From contig OX597825.1 in NCBI GenBank assembly GCA_951406725.2, positions 71,486,001-71,550,000 on the forward strand: a stretch of DNA of 64,000 nt. The letters run 5' to 3'. Positions within the stretch are counted from its first letter, which is position 1, and each line of letters starts with the position of its first letter. This DNA comes from Octopus vulgaris. Lineage: Eukaryota. Below, piece by piece: positions 14,461-27,544 of the stretch. The position numbers were made by a program, and so were the translations under genes. Below the pieces are notes generated by a model. It saw only the letters and a program-made list of their open reading frames with translations, did no database searches and was not told the origin of the DNA.

Positions 14461-14680
14461 CCCTTTCGTTACCAACCCGGCTGAAACCGGCTTTGGCTCT
14501 GAGTACAAATGTATTGTTTACATAAGTTTTGAATTATAATCTACCACCAAACCTTAGTCACAATTTATGTTCCTAACACTAGCTGAATGATAACTAAGTC
14601 ATTTTATTAAATTCTTTGTTATATTTAAAGTAATTGAAAGAAACATAGAGAATCTCAACAGAAATACAGTAACGAAAGGG
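14461..14680. mobile_element. piggyBac-type MITE
   Basis: TTAA TSD and TIR CCCTTTCGTTAC / GTAACGAAAGGG; a decayed relative lies at about 47540-47762. Confidence 0.8.
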
Positions 14681-15734
14681 TTAAAACAATTTCTATTACT
14701 TTGAAAACATATTAATTGTATGCACTTGTTTTCATTATCAAATTTTTGAAACATAAGCTTGCTCTTTGTTCGAAAGTCAGAAGAACAGGAAAACTTTCCC
14801 AATACAAAGAATGGACAAATGGAAACAATAAAGGTGATTTTAGCTGAAAACAAATGTTTTTCTATCTTTCACCGGTGACAAGTCTAATACACACAAAAGA
14901 AAACAAAAATGTGCACACCATTATTACCGGCTAAGCAGTGGTGCAAAGATACCTACATACAAAAATGATTTACAGAACCAAAGGAAAGATGACTCATGCA
15001 GGGAATGGTTGTGTCTGTGATGGAGATATCACAAGTACGTAGTCACAGAAAACATTATCAAAAAATAAAGAAATAACAGGTCTACCCTGCATCTGTTAGC
15101 CAAATTTTAACACCACCACTAAACAAATTCATCAGATACCTGTAACGACATGGCCTTTCTGACAAGGCTGAACATACAGAATCAGCAGGCAAAGCACTCT
15201 ATAGGATAAGCTGTATTATATGTTTAATATGTGAGACAGTATTCTTCCTTAGATGAGATAAATGCTGGCTATTCATCAGCTGTTACAAGACATTAAACTG
15301 TACCTATGCATGCATGTATATATGTATATTCTTTTAATGTTTCAGCCATTAGTTTGCAGTCATGTTGGGGGCACTACCTCCAACAATTCAGTTGGTCACA
15401 TCAAGTCCAGTACTTATTTTTAAGTTTGGTACTTATTTTATCAATCTCTGCTTGTTGAACAACTATGTTACAAGACAGAAATTTAACACAGACACATACA
15501 CGCACACACACATGCACGCACGTACACACACATGTGCACTGTGGTTCAGTATCCAACTGAACTATGAACACCTACTGCAGAAGATGCAAATAATCACAAT
15601 AGTGAAACAGATGTAGGGAGCACATGATGCAAACATTTCATTTCACATTGCTCTGTAATCCCTTCAACATTTGCTGTGTGGCTCACAGTGCACCAGTACA
15701 GGCAATGTCGATTTGATGGACAAAATGAGCCAGA

Positions 15735-16070
15735 GCGGCCAGCTGGCTTCCATGCCGGTGGCACGTAAAAAGCATCATTCGAGCGTGATCGTTACCAGCG
15801 TTGCCTTACTGGCACCTGCGCCGGTGGCATGTGTAAAAAGATTCGAGCGAGGTCGTCACCAGTACTGCCTGACTGGCCCCCGTACTGGTGGCACGTAAAA
15901 GCACCCACTACACTCTCAGAGTGGTTGGCGTTAGGAAGGGCATCCAGCTGTAGAAACTCTGCCAGATCAAGATTGGAGCCTGGTGCAGCCATCTGGTTCG
16001 CCAGCCCTCAGTCAAAATCGTCCAACCCATGCCAGCATGGAAAACGGACGTTAAATGATGATGATGATGT
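15735..16070 (+). mobile_element. Repeat family C (tandem GCCGGTGGCACGTAAAAAGCACC subunits, (GAT)n tail), probably a SINE or LINE tail
   Basis: TTGGCGTTAGGAAGGGCATCCAGCTGTAGAAAC...GGACGTTAAATGATGATG; other copies at about 13400-13550, 20520-20780 and 36005-36135. Confidence 0.8.
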
Positions 16071-18998
16071 ATATCACGATAAACATTTCACCGCTATAAA
16101 CAAACCAAACTGTGCCAGTTTTTCTGCAAGAAACTGCAGAACCGTCATCTGTCGTCTACAACAGTAGAATCCACTGTTTATACACATATATGTGTGCATG
16201 TGTATACATACAAATATACAAACACAAAGAAGAAGAAGAAGAGGAGGAGGACTACAATAACCTTGGTGTCCATTAGTGGTTCTAGAGTGGGATAATGTGA
16301 TTATTGAACTAGATTCTTGATTTGAGAGACATACAATAAAATATATTTCAATGAAGGTATACAAATAATTATGTCACCTGTGATTCTTAATACCATTAGG
16401 AATCATTCACAATAAGGCTATATTGACTAGTCTTTGTGTAGGTGTTCACATTATACAACAATGATGTGACAGTGAAACTGTTACATAAACAAGATAAAAC
16501 AACATGCAATCAAACCAGTTGGCATGCATCCCAAAACATAATCCCTCAAAGCAAATTCCTGCATCAATTTTTCTTTTTACCTCTAGAGTTTTTCTTTTTC
16601 ACTTTTTTTTAAATTTAAAGTTTTCAAATTAATAAAACTGGAGGAATTTTCATAAAGTCAAATCATTCAAGAGGAGGATGGGAAGAAATTTAATCGAATA
16701 CATTTTTTTTTTTAATGGAATTGAAATTTAAACTGAAATAAAATTCAAAGCAATAAACAATATTTCAGTTAGTTCTTGTTTTCTCTCTTTTTTTTTAGTT
16801 TAATCATAACAGTTAAATAAATTAAAAATGTTCACAATAGAAAACTGGTAAAACAAAAATAAAAACAAAAAATATAAACAAAAACTTCAAAAATTTTCAC
16901 CTATCAAAAATATTAACCACTTATAATAATAATATCAAACTAATTTAAATTATTAACTAAATAATACATTTCTACCTTCATTAATTAGACTACTGATACC
17001 CTGATTATCATTGAGCTTCATCAGTTACAGAATTCTGAGTTTGAATCCTGCTAGCAATGACTCTTGCCTTTCAATAATTTTGGATCAATAATATACATAT
17101 CAATAACACAGTAATGGACTATTAACCCTTATTGCACAAGAATTGAGTATACTTGGGCCCATGCATGAGTACTTGAGAGATGGGAACTGAGTTAACTTGG
17201 TTTTTGATATTAGGGTACATTCTAAAACCAACCACATTTCATACGATGTAGTACACACATTTTGTTTTTACTGGTCGTACCAATTTAGTTTCATATGCTA
17301 ATTATGAAAATAAAATTAATTTTTTTCATAAATTAATAAATAAAAAATTAATAGCTTTTAAAATTTGCAAACTTTGGGGCAATTTTAGCCAATAGAAAAG
17401 CCACCTGCAAGAAACTGCAGAGCCATCATGTAATCACATGACCATAATTCTAACAGTAGTGTCTGTTTCCATAATAACAAATAAAGCTGTAGTCTGCCCT
17501 GTTTCCATTGTAACAAGGGCACTGTATGTGTGCAAATGTGACACTCACCATCGCAACCACTACCACAAGTTTTGCTGAGAATCATCTCATGACAGACAGC
17601 TATCGTGCAGAAAGTGACAAAGTTCTGAATCCTGTTTTCTGATTGGCTAAAAATGATCAAACTTTGAACCACTGTAATAATTTTCTAAATGCTCTTCTGG
17701 AACAAACGAACCCCAATTTTGGATTCAGTATGAAAAATTGCATCAATATGTCAAATTTGAAAATTTTCACCTAATCTTAAAAATTTCTAAATCTGTGACA
17801 GCAACCAAAAGGATCAAGCAAATTTTCAATCTCAAGACTATGCTAGAAGACACATACTTGCCCATAAAACTGCCAAGGTATTACATGATTGCAAAGCAAC
17901 TTCTTAAGCCCACAGCCGTATCAGCTTATATTAAAAACATACTCATAAGAATGCGATATAGTTTTTCATTTTTCTTCTGGATTCTATAAACAGTAGTGTT
18001 ACAATGATTGTTCCAATCTCGAGGTCGACTTTGCCTTTCATCCTTTTGGGGTCAATGAATTAAGAATTAAGTACTAGTTGTGTACTGAGGTCGATCTAAT
18101 CAACTGACACCCTCCCCAAAAATTTTGAGCCTTGTACCTAGAGTAGAAAAGAATAATTGTTCCAATTTCGGTCATCTCAATTTAATTGGATTATATTTTC
18201 TTTTTTCTTACTCTCATTTGATCAAAACCAGTTTTTAGAGTTTGGAAACCTGAAGTTGAAGTCTACACATTAGATGCTTATGTCAGATAGATAGATGAGA
18301 GACAGATAGGTGATAATTAGGGAGGTTGGTGGATAGATGGACAGATTGATACCTCCACAGGTAGGTATAGCTTAAGAAAATTGCTCAAATGGTAGAGATA
18401 TAAGCCAACAGGTGACAAGTTCCATTTAAAATGAATTTCATAATAAATTTCACTCTAGTTTCCTTATTGATAAATTCTCTACTTTTCTTTAAACTTTAAA
18501 ATAATAACCTTAAATTAACATTAACATAGATGTAAAAAAAAAAAGCTAGAAAGATAGCCAGAGAAGAGAAAGAGAAACAGATAAACAGACTAGCAAACAT
18601 GATACCTGCTATCATAATTACATTGTTGTTAACAATAATAATAATAATAATAATGATGGTTTCAAATTTTGCCACAAGGGCAGTAATTTTGGGGGTGGGG
18701 ATGAGTCAAGTACATCGACCCCAGTGTTCAACTGGTACTTATTTTATTGACCCCAAAAGGATGAAAGGTAAAGTCGTCCTTGCCAGCAATTTCAGAGGAG
18801 GAGCTTAGTCATTTACATTGATCCCAGTGTTCAACTGGTACCTTATTTTATTGATCCCTAAAGGATGAAAGGCAGTCAACCATGGCAGGATTTGAACTCA
18901 GAATGTAAAGATAGATGAAATGTTGCTAAGCATTTTGTCTAGCATACTAACGGTTCTGCCAGCTTGCCACTTAACTAAAATTAATAATGATGATTATG

Positions 18999-19080
<82 letters not shown>

Positions 19081-22000
19081 TTCAAGAATAAACAAAGATG
19101 AAAAAGGAATGTTGTTGATGTTGTTAAGACCGAGGTCAGCACTGATTGAGCAGACCTAAGAGGGCTGGGGGAAAAAAGAAGGGTTTATTATGAGAAAACA
19201 AATAAATAAACAGGTAAAAAAAAATACAAAAAAACTATAATCAAATAAACATTTTTTAATATGTAAGTTATCATGGCAACAGGTACCTCTTGGTGTTAGT
19301 ACATCAGGTATATTACCTATTAGGATGCTATAATTACATGCAAATTAGATTAATCAAAATTACATAATTGACAGATAATGGTAGAGAATACCTGGAACAT
19401 AAAAAGCTCACAACTATTAATTTTGGTTTGTAAAATGAGAGAGAGAGAGAGAAATAGTTTCTAAAATGAATTAACCCATTATCATTGAAACCAGCCATAT
19501 CTTAAACGAATATTCTACCTGTTTATATTCAAACCAACCAGATCCAGCCTCTCACACCTACTCTACAATGTCATTCTAAAGACAAAACAATCACATCATC
19601 GAAATCTCAAAGCTACAGAAATGAATAATTGAAAATGATGTGAATGAATGAAGAAGCATTATGCTAGACAGAGTAATCTCAGTGCTAAAAAGTTAATGGT
19701 AAAGATGCTTAATTGTATCTGTTTTTTAAGTTGACTAACATGGATCTTGACAGCTTGCACAAAATGGAAGTGACATAGGCAGAAGGAATTTGAAGCCAGG
19801 AAAAAATTAAACTTAATATTCAGTTGCTTCTGAATCACATGGTTTGGGGTTCAGTGCCACTGTGACCCAACATGCTTTTACAGAAGATTGGAAATGAAGG
19901 ACACCACTTCTATGATAGTAACATTCGCTTACAACTGCCATGTGAGGTCAAGACAAGCTATCGGTAACACACACGCACACACACACGCACACGCTCACAC
20001 ACACACATACAAATGATGGGCTTCTTTCAGTTTCCATTCCAGCAAATCCATTCGTAAGGCTTTAGTGGACCTAGTAGAAAACCAAGCAGAACACACTTGT
20101 TCAAGGTGCCATGCAGTGGGACTGAATCCAGGACCTCAAGGCTAGAAGGCAAGCTTGTATGTGTGTGTGTGTGTGTGTGTGCAGTATTATTGTTGATTGC
20201 TAAAGATGTTTCCTTTCTTTATTACTACATCACTTTCATTTTGTACTGGAGGTCAAGTTTGCCATGGTTGGCTCGTAAACATCAGTATTCACCATCTTTA
20301 TCAAATTAAATCTGGAAGTGAAAGAAGGAGGAAGTCATGGAGGGAGGGGGAAATAGTTGAATGGGTATTATGTAAGCATACACATAGCCAAGCCATGGGA
20401 CATGCAGGGATTAATAACTACAACCATGGACACATACACACAAAATTGCTTTTGCATTCGGTTTCAAAAATTCTTGCAAGACACAACAATTTTATTCATA
20501 TCTCAAAATCATAATTGTGGCTGATGCCAGTGCCACCTGACTGGCACCAGTGCTGGTGGCATGTAAAAAGCACCATTCGAGCATGGTCGATGCCAGTGAT
20601 GCATGACTGGCTCCTGTGCCAGTGGTACATAAAAAGCACCTACTACACTCTCGGAAAGGCATCCAGCTGTAGAAACCTTGCCAAATCAGATTGAAGCCTG
20701 GTGCTGCCTCCTGGTTTGCCAGTCCTCACTCAAACTGTCCAACCCATACCAGCATGAAAAGAGGAAGTTAAACGATGATAAATATATAATGATCATCAGG
20801 ACTAATACTGTTATTACTCAGAGTGAGCTTTATCAAATGGCTTAATGTCTTTTCCAGAGATATTATATGACCACTTGGTAAAAACCTTATTAATTACCAG
20901 TCTTGGAGATTATATACAACACATACTACAATTTGCTTTGTATTGAGTCACCTCTTTTTGTCTCATGTAATTCATACATCAGCATACATGCATGCATGCA
21001 CACACATATATATTTGCATAGTGAATGCGAATGTACAATCAAAAGTCCAAGGAAAAAAACACTTATGGTAAATTAAAGTGGGACTTACACTTCTTGTACC
21101 CTGACTATAGATTCTCATTTGTAAACAATCATCATAAGTGCATTAAGATATTTACCAACAAATTTGCACAAAAATCTAGAAATATTCAGATTCACAAAGA
21201 GAAAGCAAAAGAAACCGATATGGATTTTCCAAATCCAATCCATTAGCAGCACAGTGAAGATTTGTGATACATTTCAAAGATTCTCTATATGAGATTCTTA
21301 TGTGAATAGATGCACACACTTGGGTGTATTCATCGACAGTTCAACCAACTCATCTATCTACTCAACCACATATTTACAAACATCAGCAACTCTTTTAACT
21401 CAAAAACTTTTGTTGTTTTGTTAGTGACAGCCTTGAACACTCCTGAGAAAAATTGTTCACACACTCACGCACACACACTGCAGACTGGATATCACTGTTT
21501 GAGACAAACAGGAAAAAGCATGTACAGTCATGGAGAACAGAGGCACCACATATGTGAAAATGTCTTTGTAAAATCAAAGAGAAAGAATGCTACCATGGAC
21601 CACTGCTTCAAAACCTTCAGCTTCTATATCCAGATTATAAGTTTAAACTTATACCAACAATAGTTGGTGCATTTGGTATTGTCAATAAATACCTGAATGA
21701 CAACCTGGAAAAGCTAAGGTTTTCAGTAAAAGAAATCAACCGGCTAACATCCATGTTACAAATACAATCAGTAGTAAGCAGAACAATAAAAATACGCAAG
21801 ACTTTTCTCAAGTTCAAAATGTGACATTGATTTTGTTATTGATATTCCAATGATGGAGCTTTGTATCACTGTAAGAAACCAGCTCCTTCCTTGCAGGAAA
21901 ACTTCAGATAATTAAAAACAGAAGAGAATAAATGAACAAACCAACAAACATAGATACATACAAACATATATATATATATCTATACATCACTGTTAGTTTT

Positions 22001-23445
22001 ATGCCTACTTTTTGCATGAGGTCATAGTTTAGAAAAAACTTACAGAAGCAAATTTTCTATGGCTGGACGCTCTTTCTGTCACTAACCCATACTTGTTATT
22101 CAAATAAGATATTTTTATTCGCTAGCCTTCAGTTGTGTTTAAAATGGCAAAACCACTGAGCAACAGAACATAGTTTACAGGAAACATGAAAAAGTGTCAC
22201 TGCTTTTACTTAAAAAGTGACAAATGTGATGACATGAGGCAACACACAGACACAGACACACAAAGATATATAAGTGTATTACAGGGGAAGGGCTGAGAAG
22301 CCCTGACATAGAGGATAGTTCAATAGTTGGAAACATGTTTTGTTCTAGCCTGTCCTATGATAAAATTCTTCTATCACCACCCATCTTTTCCTACATTCTC
22401 TGACACAGCCTTTGTTTTTAAAGGTACCTCACTCTAATTCTTTCTTTCTTTCTTTGATACCTACCTGCCCAGATATATTGAAATGTCTAAAGAATTCTTT
22501 TATATAAAGAGATACAATTTGTTCCTTCTTCAGCATTTTTATATAATTTACTCCTTTTCAATTTATATAATTTACTTTTTACTATAGTTTAAAGTTTTGG
22601 AATAAAAAAAATTTCCTTTTATTCAATTTTTATCTTGCATGAATGGTGGATGTATGAATGCATACATATACAGCCAAGTAAACTACTACTACTACTACTG
22701 CTACTGCTACTACTAATACTACTACTACTAAGAATGATTTCTTTAATCCTTTCTACTTAAGGCACAAGGTCTCAAATTTGGGGGAAGGGGACTAGTCAAT
22801 TACCTCGATCCCAAAATTTCAGTGATATTTAATTTATCAACCCCATAAGGATGTAAGTAAAGTTGACCTTGGTGGAGTTTGAACTCAAACCGTGAAGATG
22901 GACGATTCTGCCAGCTTGCCACCTTAATAATATTAATAATAATAATTTCTTTTATCAACCACAAGGGCATAGATGAAGGGGACATCACAAGAACGGACAA
23001 CAATATGCGCGGGATTTACATAAAGGATGGGGGAGAAAGAAATGGAAAAGATGGTGAAATGCAATAAAAGTATACAAAGTGTGGAATAATAAGGATGATG
23101 CAGTCCTCCTGATTCAGGAGAAACTCTAGCTAGGGCCAATCAAGGAACTACACAGATCCAGGATTACCCTGACCACCAAAGGTATGGACTCTCTCATGCT
23201 CTCCATTTAGCAGGTGCATACTTAAAATAATAATAACCCTTTCTACTATAAGCTCAAAGCCTGAAATTTGTGGAAGGGGGATAGTCAATTACACTGACCC
23301 CAGTATTTCACTGGTACTTAATTTATCGATCCCAAAAGGGTGAAAGGCAAAGTACACCTGAGTGGAATTTGAACTTGGAATGTAGCAGCAGATGAAATAC
23401 CGCTAAGTATTTTGCCTGGTGTGCTAATAATAATAATAATAATAA

Positions 23446-23927
23446 CAGACAGTGGCTCTCATGGCTTCTGAGCTTAACAGATTGGAAGTGTTATCATGCA
23501 CATTGTTTTGTCTTGATGTAAAAGATGGGCTACAGCAAATATTCTGCTCAATACCACAGATTTGCTTGTCATTTGTTTGACCTTAATCAGTTGACCATGT
23601 CCCTTAGTGGCTGACAATATGTGCGTCTCTGATCACGAGCAGAAGTAGTGGGGGAGCATCATAGCCATGTGTTGAGAGGAATTCATGGGTGTTTTGTTCA
23701 ACATCCTTAAACAACCCTTATTCAGGGACCTTTTGAGTGGGATGGGCTACTCGACCAGAAGAAAATTCTGAGCCCCCACCTGCAAGGTCATGTACTGTTT
23801 ATCTTGATATGAGATCACCATGTCGCGCACATATGGTTGTGATGATGGGTAGTCATGATGGGTATACTGGGCTTCGTATATTTTACCCCAGTGTCACTTT
23901 GATGGCATACACTGCTCTCTCACTCAA
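23446..23927 (+). mobile_element. (TAA)n-tailed retroelement inserted in (AAT)n; partial copy at about 34150-34395
   Basis: Both copies share TTCAGGGACCTTTTGAGTGGGATGGGCTACT...TGCTCTCTCACTCAATAATAA. Confidence 0.7.
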
Positions 23928-23934
23928 TAATAAC

Positions 23935-23979
<45 letters not shown>

Positions 23980-25196
23980 TCTATTTAGGAATGGTGAAAG
24001 TTGAAGCAAATAAAGGCATAAATAACAGCATGTAAATATTGGTTTAAAACCCCTTTGGCTAGAAAGAGTTAATTGTCCCAAATCTCCTGTAAACATGACA
24101 GGCTTTCTACTATTGAACCAAAGTAATCATTCGAATTGCTTTATCGTTTTAGAGAATTTATGTTTACCAGTGAGAACTGTATGTTGTTGATGTCATAAGA
24201 AGTTAGAAACATTGAGAGAATGTGAAATAATCCTATTTTTAGGACAAATAAATCTGGAAGCAGATAATCTACAAATAATAGTTGTAAATATTGGTTTAAG
24301 ACACACTTTTAATAGTAAAACTCAAAGGTTGCTTCCTAAAAACAATTATTTCACATTCTTGAATTTTCTAAATTCTTAAAATGTCAATAATAATTTCAAA
24401 CTTTCACAAAGGGTCAGTGATGTTGGGAGAGAAGATAAGTCAATTACATCAATTCCAGCACTCAATTGGTCCTTATTTTATCGACCCTGAAAGGAATTTG
24501 AACTCAAGCTGTAAAGATAGACGAAATGCTGTTCAATATTTTGCCCTGGCGTGCCAACAATTCTGTCAGCTCTCTGCTTTAATAATAATAATAATAACAA
24601 TCCTTTCCACTAAAAGCACAAGGCCCGAAATTTTGGGGGAGGGGACTAGTTGATTACATTAACTCAAGTGTTTCACTGGTAATTAATTTATCAGCCCTGA
24701 AAGGATGAAAGGCATAGTAAACATCAGTGGAATTTGAACTCAGAATGTAGAGATGGACAAAATGCTGCTAAGCATTTTGCCTAGCATGCTAACAATTCTG
24801 CCAGCTCACTGCCTTAATAATAATAATAATGATAATAATAATAATGAAAATAATAATGTTTCGATATAGCTTATTTTCAATTATTTAACTATCTAACAAT
24901 CTATATATCCCTATTTAAACGCTAATTGATATATAGCTTTTTTCTTTCTTTTTTATTATAGCAAACAAAAATTATCTTTCACATATGAAAAATCAAGAAA
25001 AAAAATAATAAATAAACATAAATGACATAAAATTGAACCATATAAGCTCACCACATAAAAAGAAAAAAATTGCCACAAAGAATATAAAAAAAAGAGCATG
25101 AGAAAGAAAACCTCAACTTTGACAGACCCCAACTTTGAAGTGAATTTGTGTCAATCCGCATGCCCCTCTGAAATATAGCAAAAAAAAGATACTTAC

Positions 25197-25363
25197 ATCA
25201 ATTTTATCATTCATTGGGGGTTGAACCTGGTTATGGTCATTAGCACCTTCATGTTGCCGATTAAAAATTTCCTGTTTTTGTAAAGCCAAGTTGTTAGCCT
25301 CAGCATCTTTGTCGTGATCAAGGTCTGCACCATGATGTAAATTATCTCCAAAGGCTGGTTGTG
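25197..25363 (-). CDS. Coding exon of the host gene (AQPAFGDNLHHGADLDHDKDAEANNLALQKQEIFNRQHEGANDHNQVQPPMNDKID), phase 1 to 0
   Basis: Acceptor tatttacag|CA, 167 nt open, consensus donor GAT|gtaagt. Phase 1 matches the previous exon. Confidence 0.88.
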
Positions 25364-25495
25364 CTGTAAATATGTAATATAATTATGTCTAATAACAATA
25401 AAAACAAAACAAAAGCTACATATCTCAAAAGCTAATACAAGTAGTATTGTGACATTTGAAAAGGATACACAGACATTTTTATGCATATATATAAA

Positions 25496-25886
25496 CTAGA
25501 AGTATCGCCTGGCGTTGCTCGGGTTTGTGTTGACCCTTTAGAATTGGAATTTTTGAAAAGTAAAAATTTTGCATTATGTAGCTTGTTATTCTCTTTAAGT
25601 GAACATTTTCCTGGTTGAAATACACCGAAAAATAGCGACACAGCAGTCAAAAAATCGTAAAAAAATAGGGATCTTCATAGAATAAAAGCACCTTTTTGAT
25701 GTAAATAATTTTTGGTCTTAACATGGTCTGATTTGAATTTTATCTTCTACGGAATGAAGAGCAAGCCTTCTTCTATCATACTTTTAATTTTGGTCAACTT
25801 GCACCGCAGGGTCTCGGAGGAGATAGTGCTAGTTGAAAGCTACCAAACCTGCCACACACAGACAACTTCAACTTTATATATATAGA
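25496..25886 (-). mobile_element. Non-autonomous Helitron, family 1
   Basis: 5'-TC...CTAG-3' inserted between A and T, no TSD, subterminal hairpin CCCGAGCAACGCCAGG; near-identical inverted copy at 38341-38734. Confidence 0.85.
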
Positions 25887-25984
25887 TAATTAATATAGGG
25901 GGCAGTGTGCAATGTTTTACCAAAAAGGAAAACTATAATTGTCATTAAGTATAACTAAGGTGCAAGAAACACAACATTGCTAGA

Positions 25985-26345
25985 AATGTTGCGGGCAAAG
26001 CACATAATTGTATACATACTAACAGGGACTGTAATCGCCCGGAAGCAGCAGTTGTGCTATCCTCATACTGATCGGTCAGTTTCAGCTTTTTGCAGTAGCC
26101 TTTTCAGTGGGGTCGGGTTTAACTTGGCTGACTCTGGACAAAAATCACTGCCAGTATCTATGTTTACACAACAGAAATCTGTGGATGATTTAGTAAATCA
26201 TAAATTGAGCCAATCCCAGTGAGGAGGCTACAACAAAAAGCTGAGACTGACCAACTGGTATGGGGATATCTCAAGAGCTGCTTTTAGGCAATTATGGTCC
26301 CTGTTAGTATGCATGTATATAATTATGTGTTTTGACCACAGCATT
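25985..26345. mobile_element. Foldback MITE-like element with ~130-bp imperfect inverted arms
   Basis: cacataatt..catactaacagggac..ggtcagtttcagcttttt..gtagcc is mirrored by ggctac..aaaaagctgagactgacc..gtccctgttagtatg..aattatgtg. Confidence 0.65.
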
Positions 26346-26554
26346 AGAGCATTTTAGCTCTTATTTCTAGCTATATATATATATATATATATGCATGGTT
26401 TCGGGTTCAGTCCCACTGCGTGGCACTTTGGGTAGGTGTCTTCCGCTATAGCCCCGAGCCGACCGGAGCTATGTGATTGAATTTGGTAGGTGGAAGTTAC
26501 TGCCGTGTGTGTATGTGTGCGTATAGCTGCTCAGTGCCTCTCCGAAAGAGAGAG

Positions 26555-26602
<48 letters not shown>

Positions 26603-26610
<8 letters not shown>

Positions 26611-26898
26611 TTAGAGACAAAACCACTATTATGCAAATCAAACAAAGAAAGACTTAATCCAATACATAAAAAATTTTATATAAATTAAATATAATTAATT
26701 ATATTTAATTTATATTAAATTATATAAAATTTTTTATGTATTGGATTAAGTCTTTCTTTGTTTGATTTGCATAATAGTGGTTTTGTCTCTAATTAATATT
26801 ATATTATTATTATATTATATTTTACTATAAAATTGGATTCAATCCTAAATCTGATTTTTCCCTGTAAATTTGGATTTATTCCCTAATATTTATTATTA
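26603..26898. mobile_element. (TA)n-embedded insert with terminal foldback (~78-bp arms)
   Basis: attaattagagacaaaaccactattatgc... (26606 onward) is mirrored at about 26720-26797, followed by a unique ~100-bp arm; (TA)n flanks. Confidence 0.7.
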
Positions 26899-26926
26899 TA
26901 TATATATATATATATATATATACATA

Positions 26927-27544
26927 CTAGCAGCTAAGCCTGGTTTCACCCAGTTGGTTTGGATGATGTGGCTGTTAAACCTGCTCTGTGTAAGCATTCG
27001 ACTTGTTTGGGCACACTTACGTTAAAAAACAATTTTAGAATGACTTTTTTCTGTCAAAACGCTAAAAGTAACTGATCAAAAAAAAAAAAAAAACAACCAA
27101 GATTCAACCAAATCAAAAAATAAACCTGAATACTAAGCGAACAAAGATGAAGCATCCCACTTCCATTACACATGTACACACAAACACACACACACACATT
27201 TATATACCCCCCTTTACATACACACACATATATTCACACAGAGTTGAAATGCTGTCTGATTTATTTTTTCAGCGTATAATTTTCATCATCCCACTACCAA
27301 GTATGACATCAACCCTTCCTTACTTATTCATCTATCACCCCTTCCTTTCTCATTCATAAACACAAGAGTATTATTATAGTAGATTATCTTGGTAACCATG
27401 GGAACTATGAAAAAATACAAAGCCCAGTATCAGCACCGGATCATTCTACACATCGGTGTAATTTTTCGTGCACTTCCACCCAGCCATATCACCGTGAATT
27501 CCAAGACAAGAAAGAATCGCCCATGTCACATTTATACGTATAGA
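26927..27544 (-). mobile_element. Non-autonomous Helitron, family 2
   Basis: Minus strand a|TCTATACGTATAAATG...CTGGGTGAAACCAGGCTTAGCTGCTAG|t with a subterminal hairpin. Confidence 0.75.

Noticed and set aside
21866-21901. Candidate last exon FSCKEGAGFLQ*
   Set aside because: Weak GAAG acceptor; not distinguishable from chance. The same applies to the AAG sites at 51524 and 5226.
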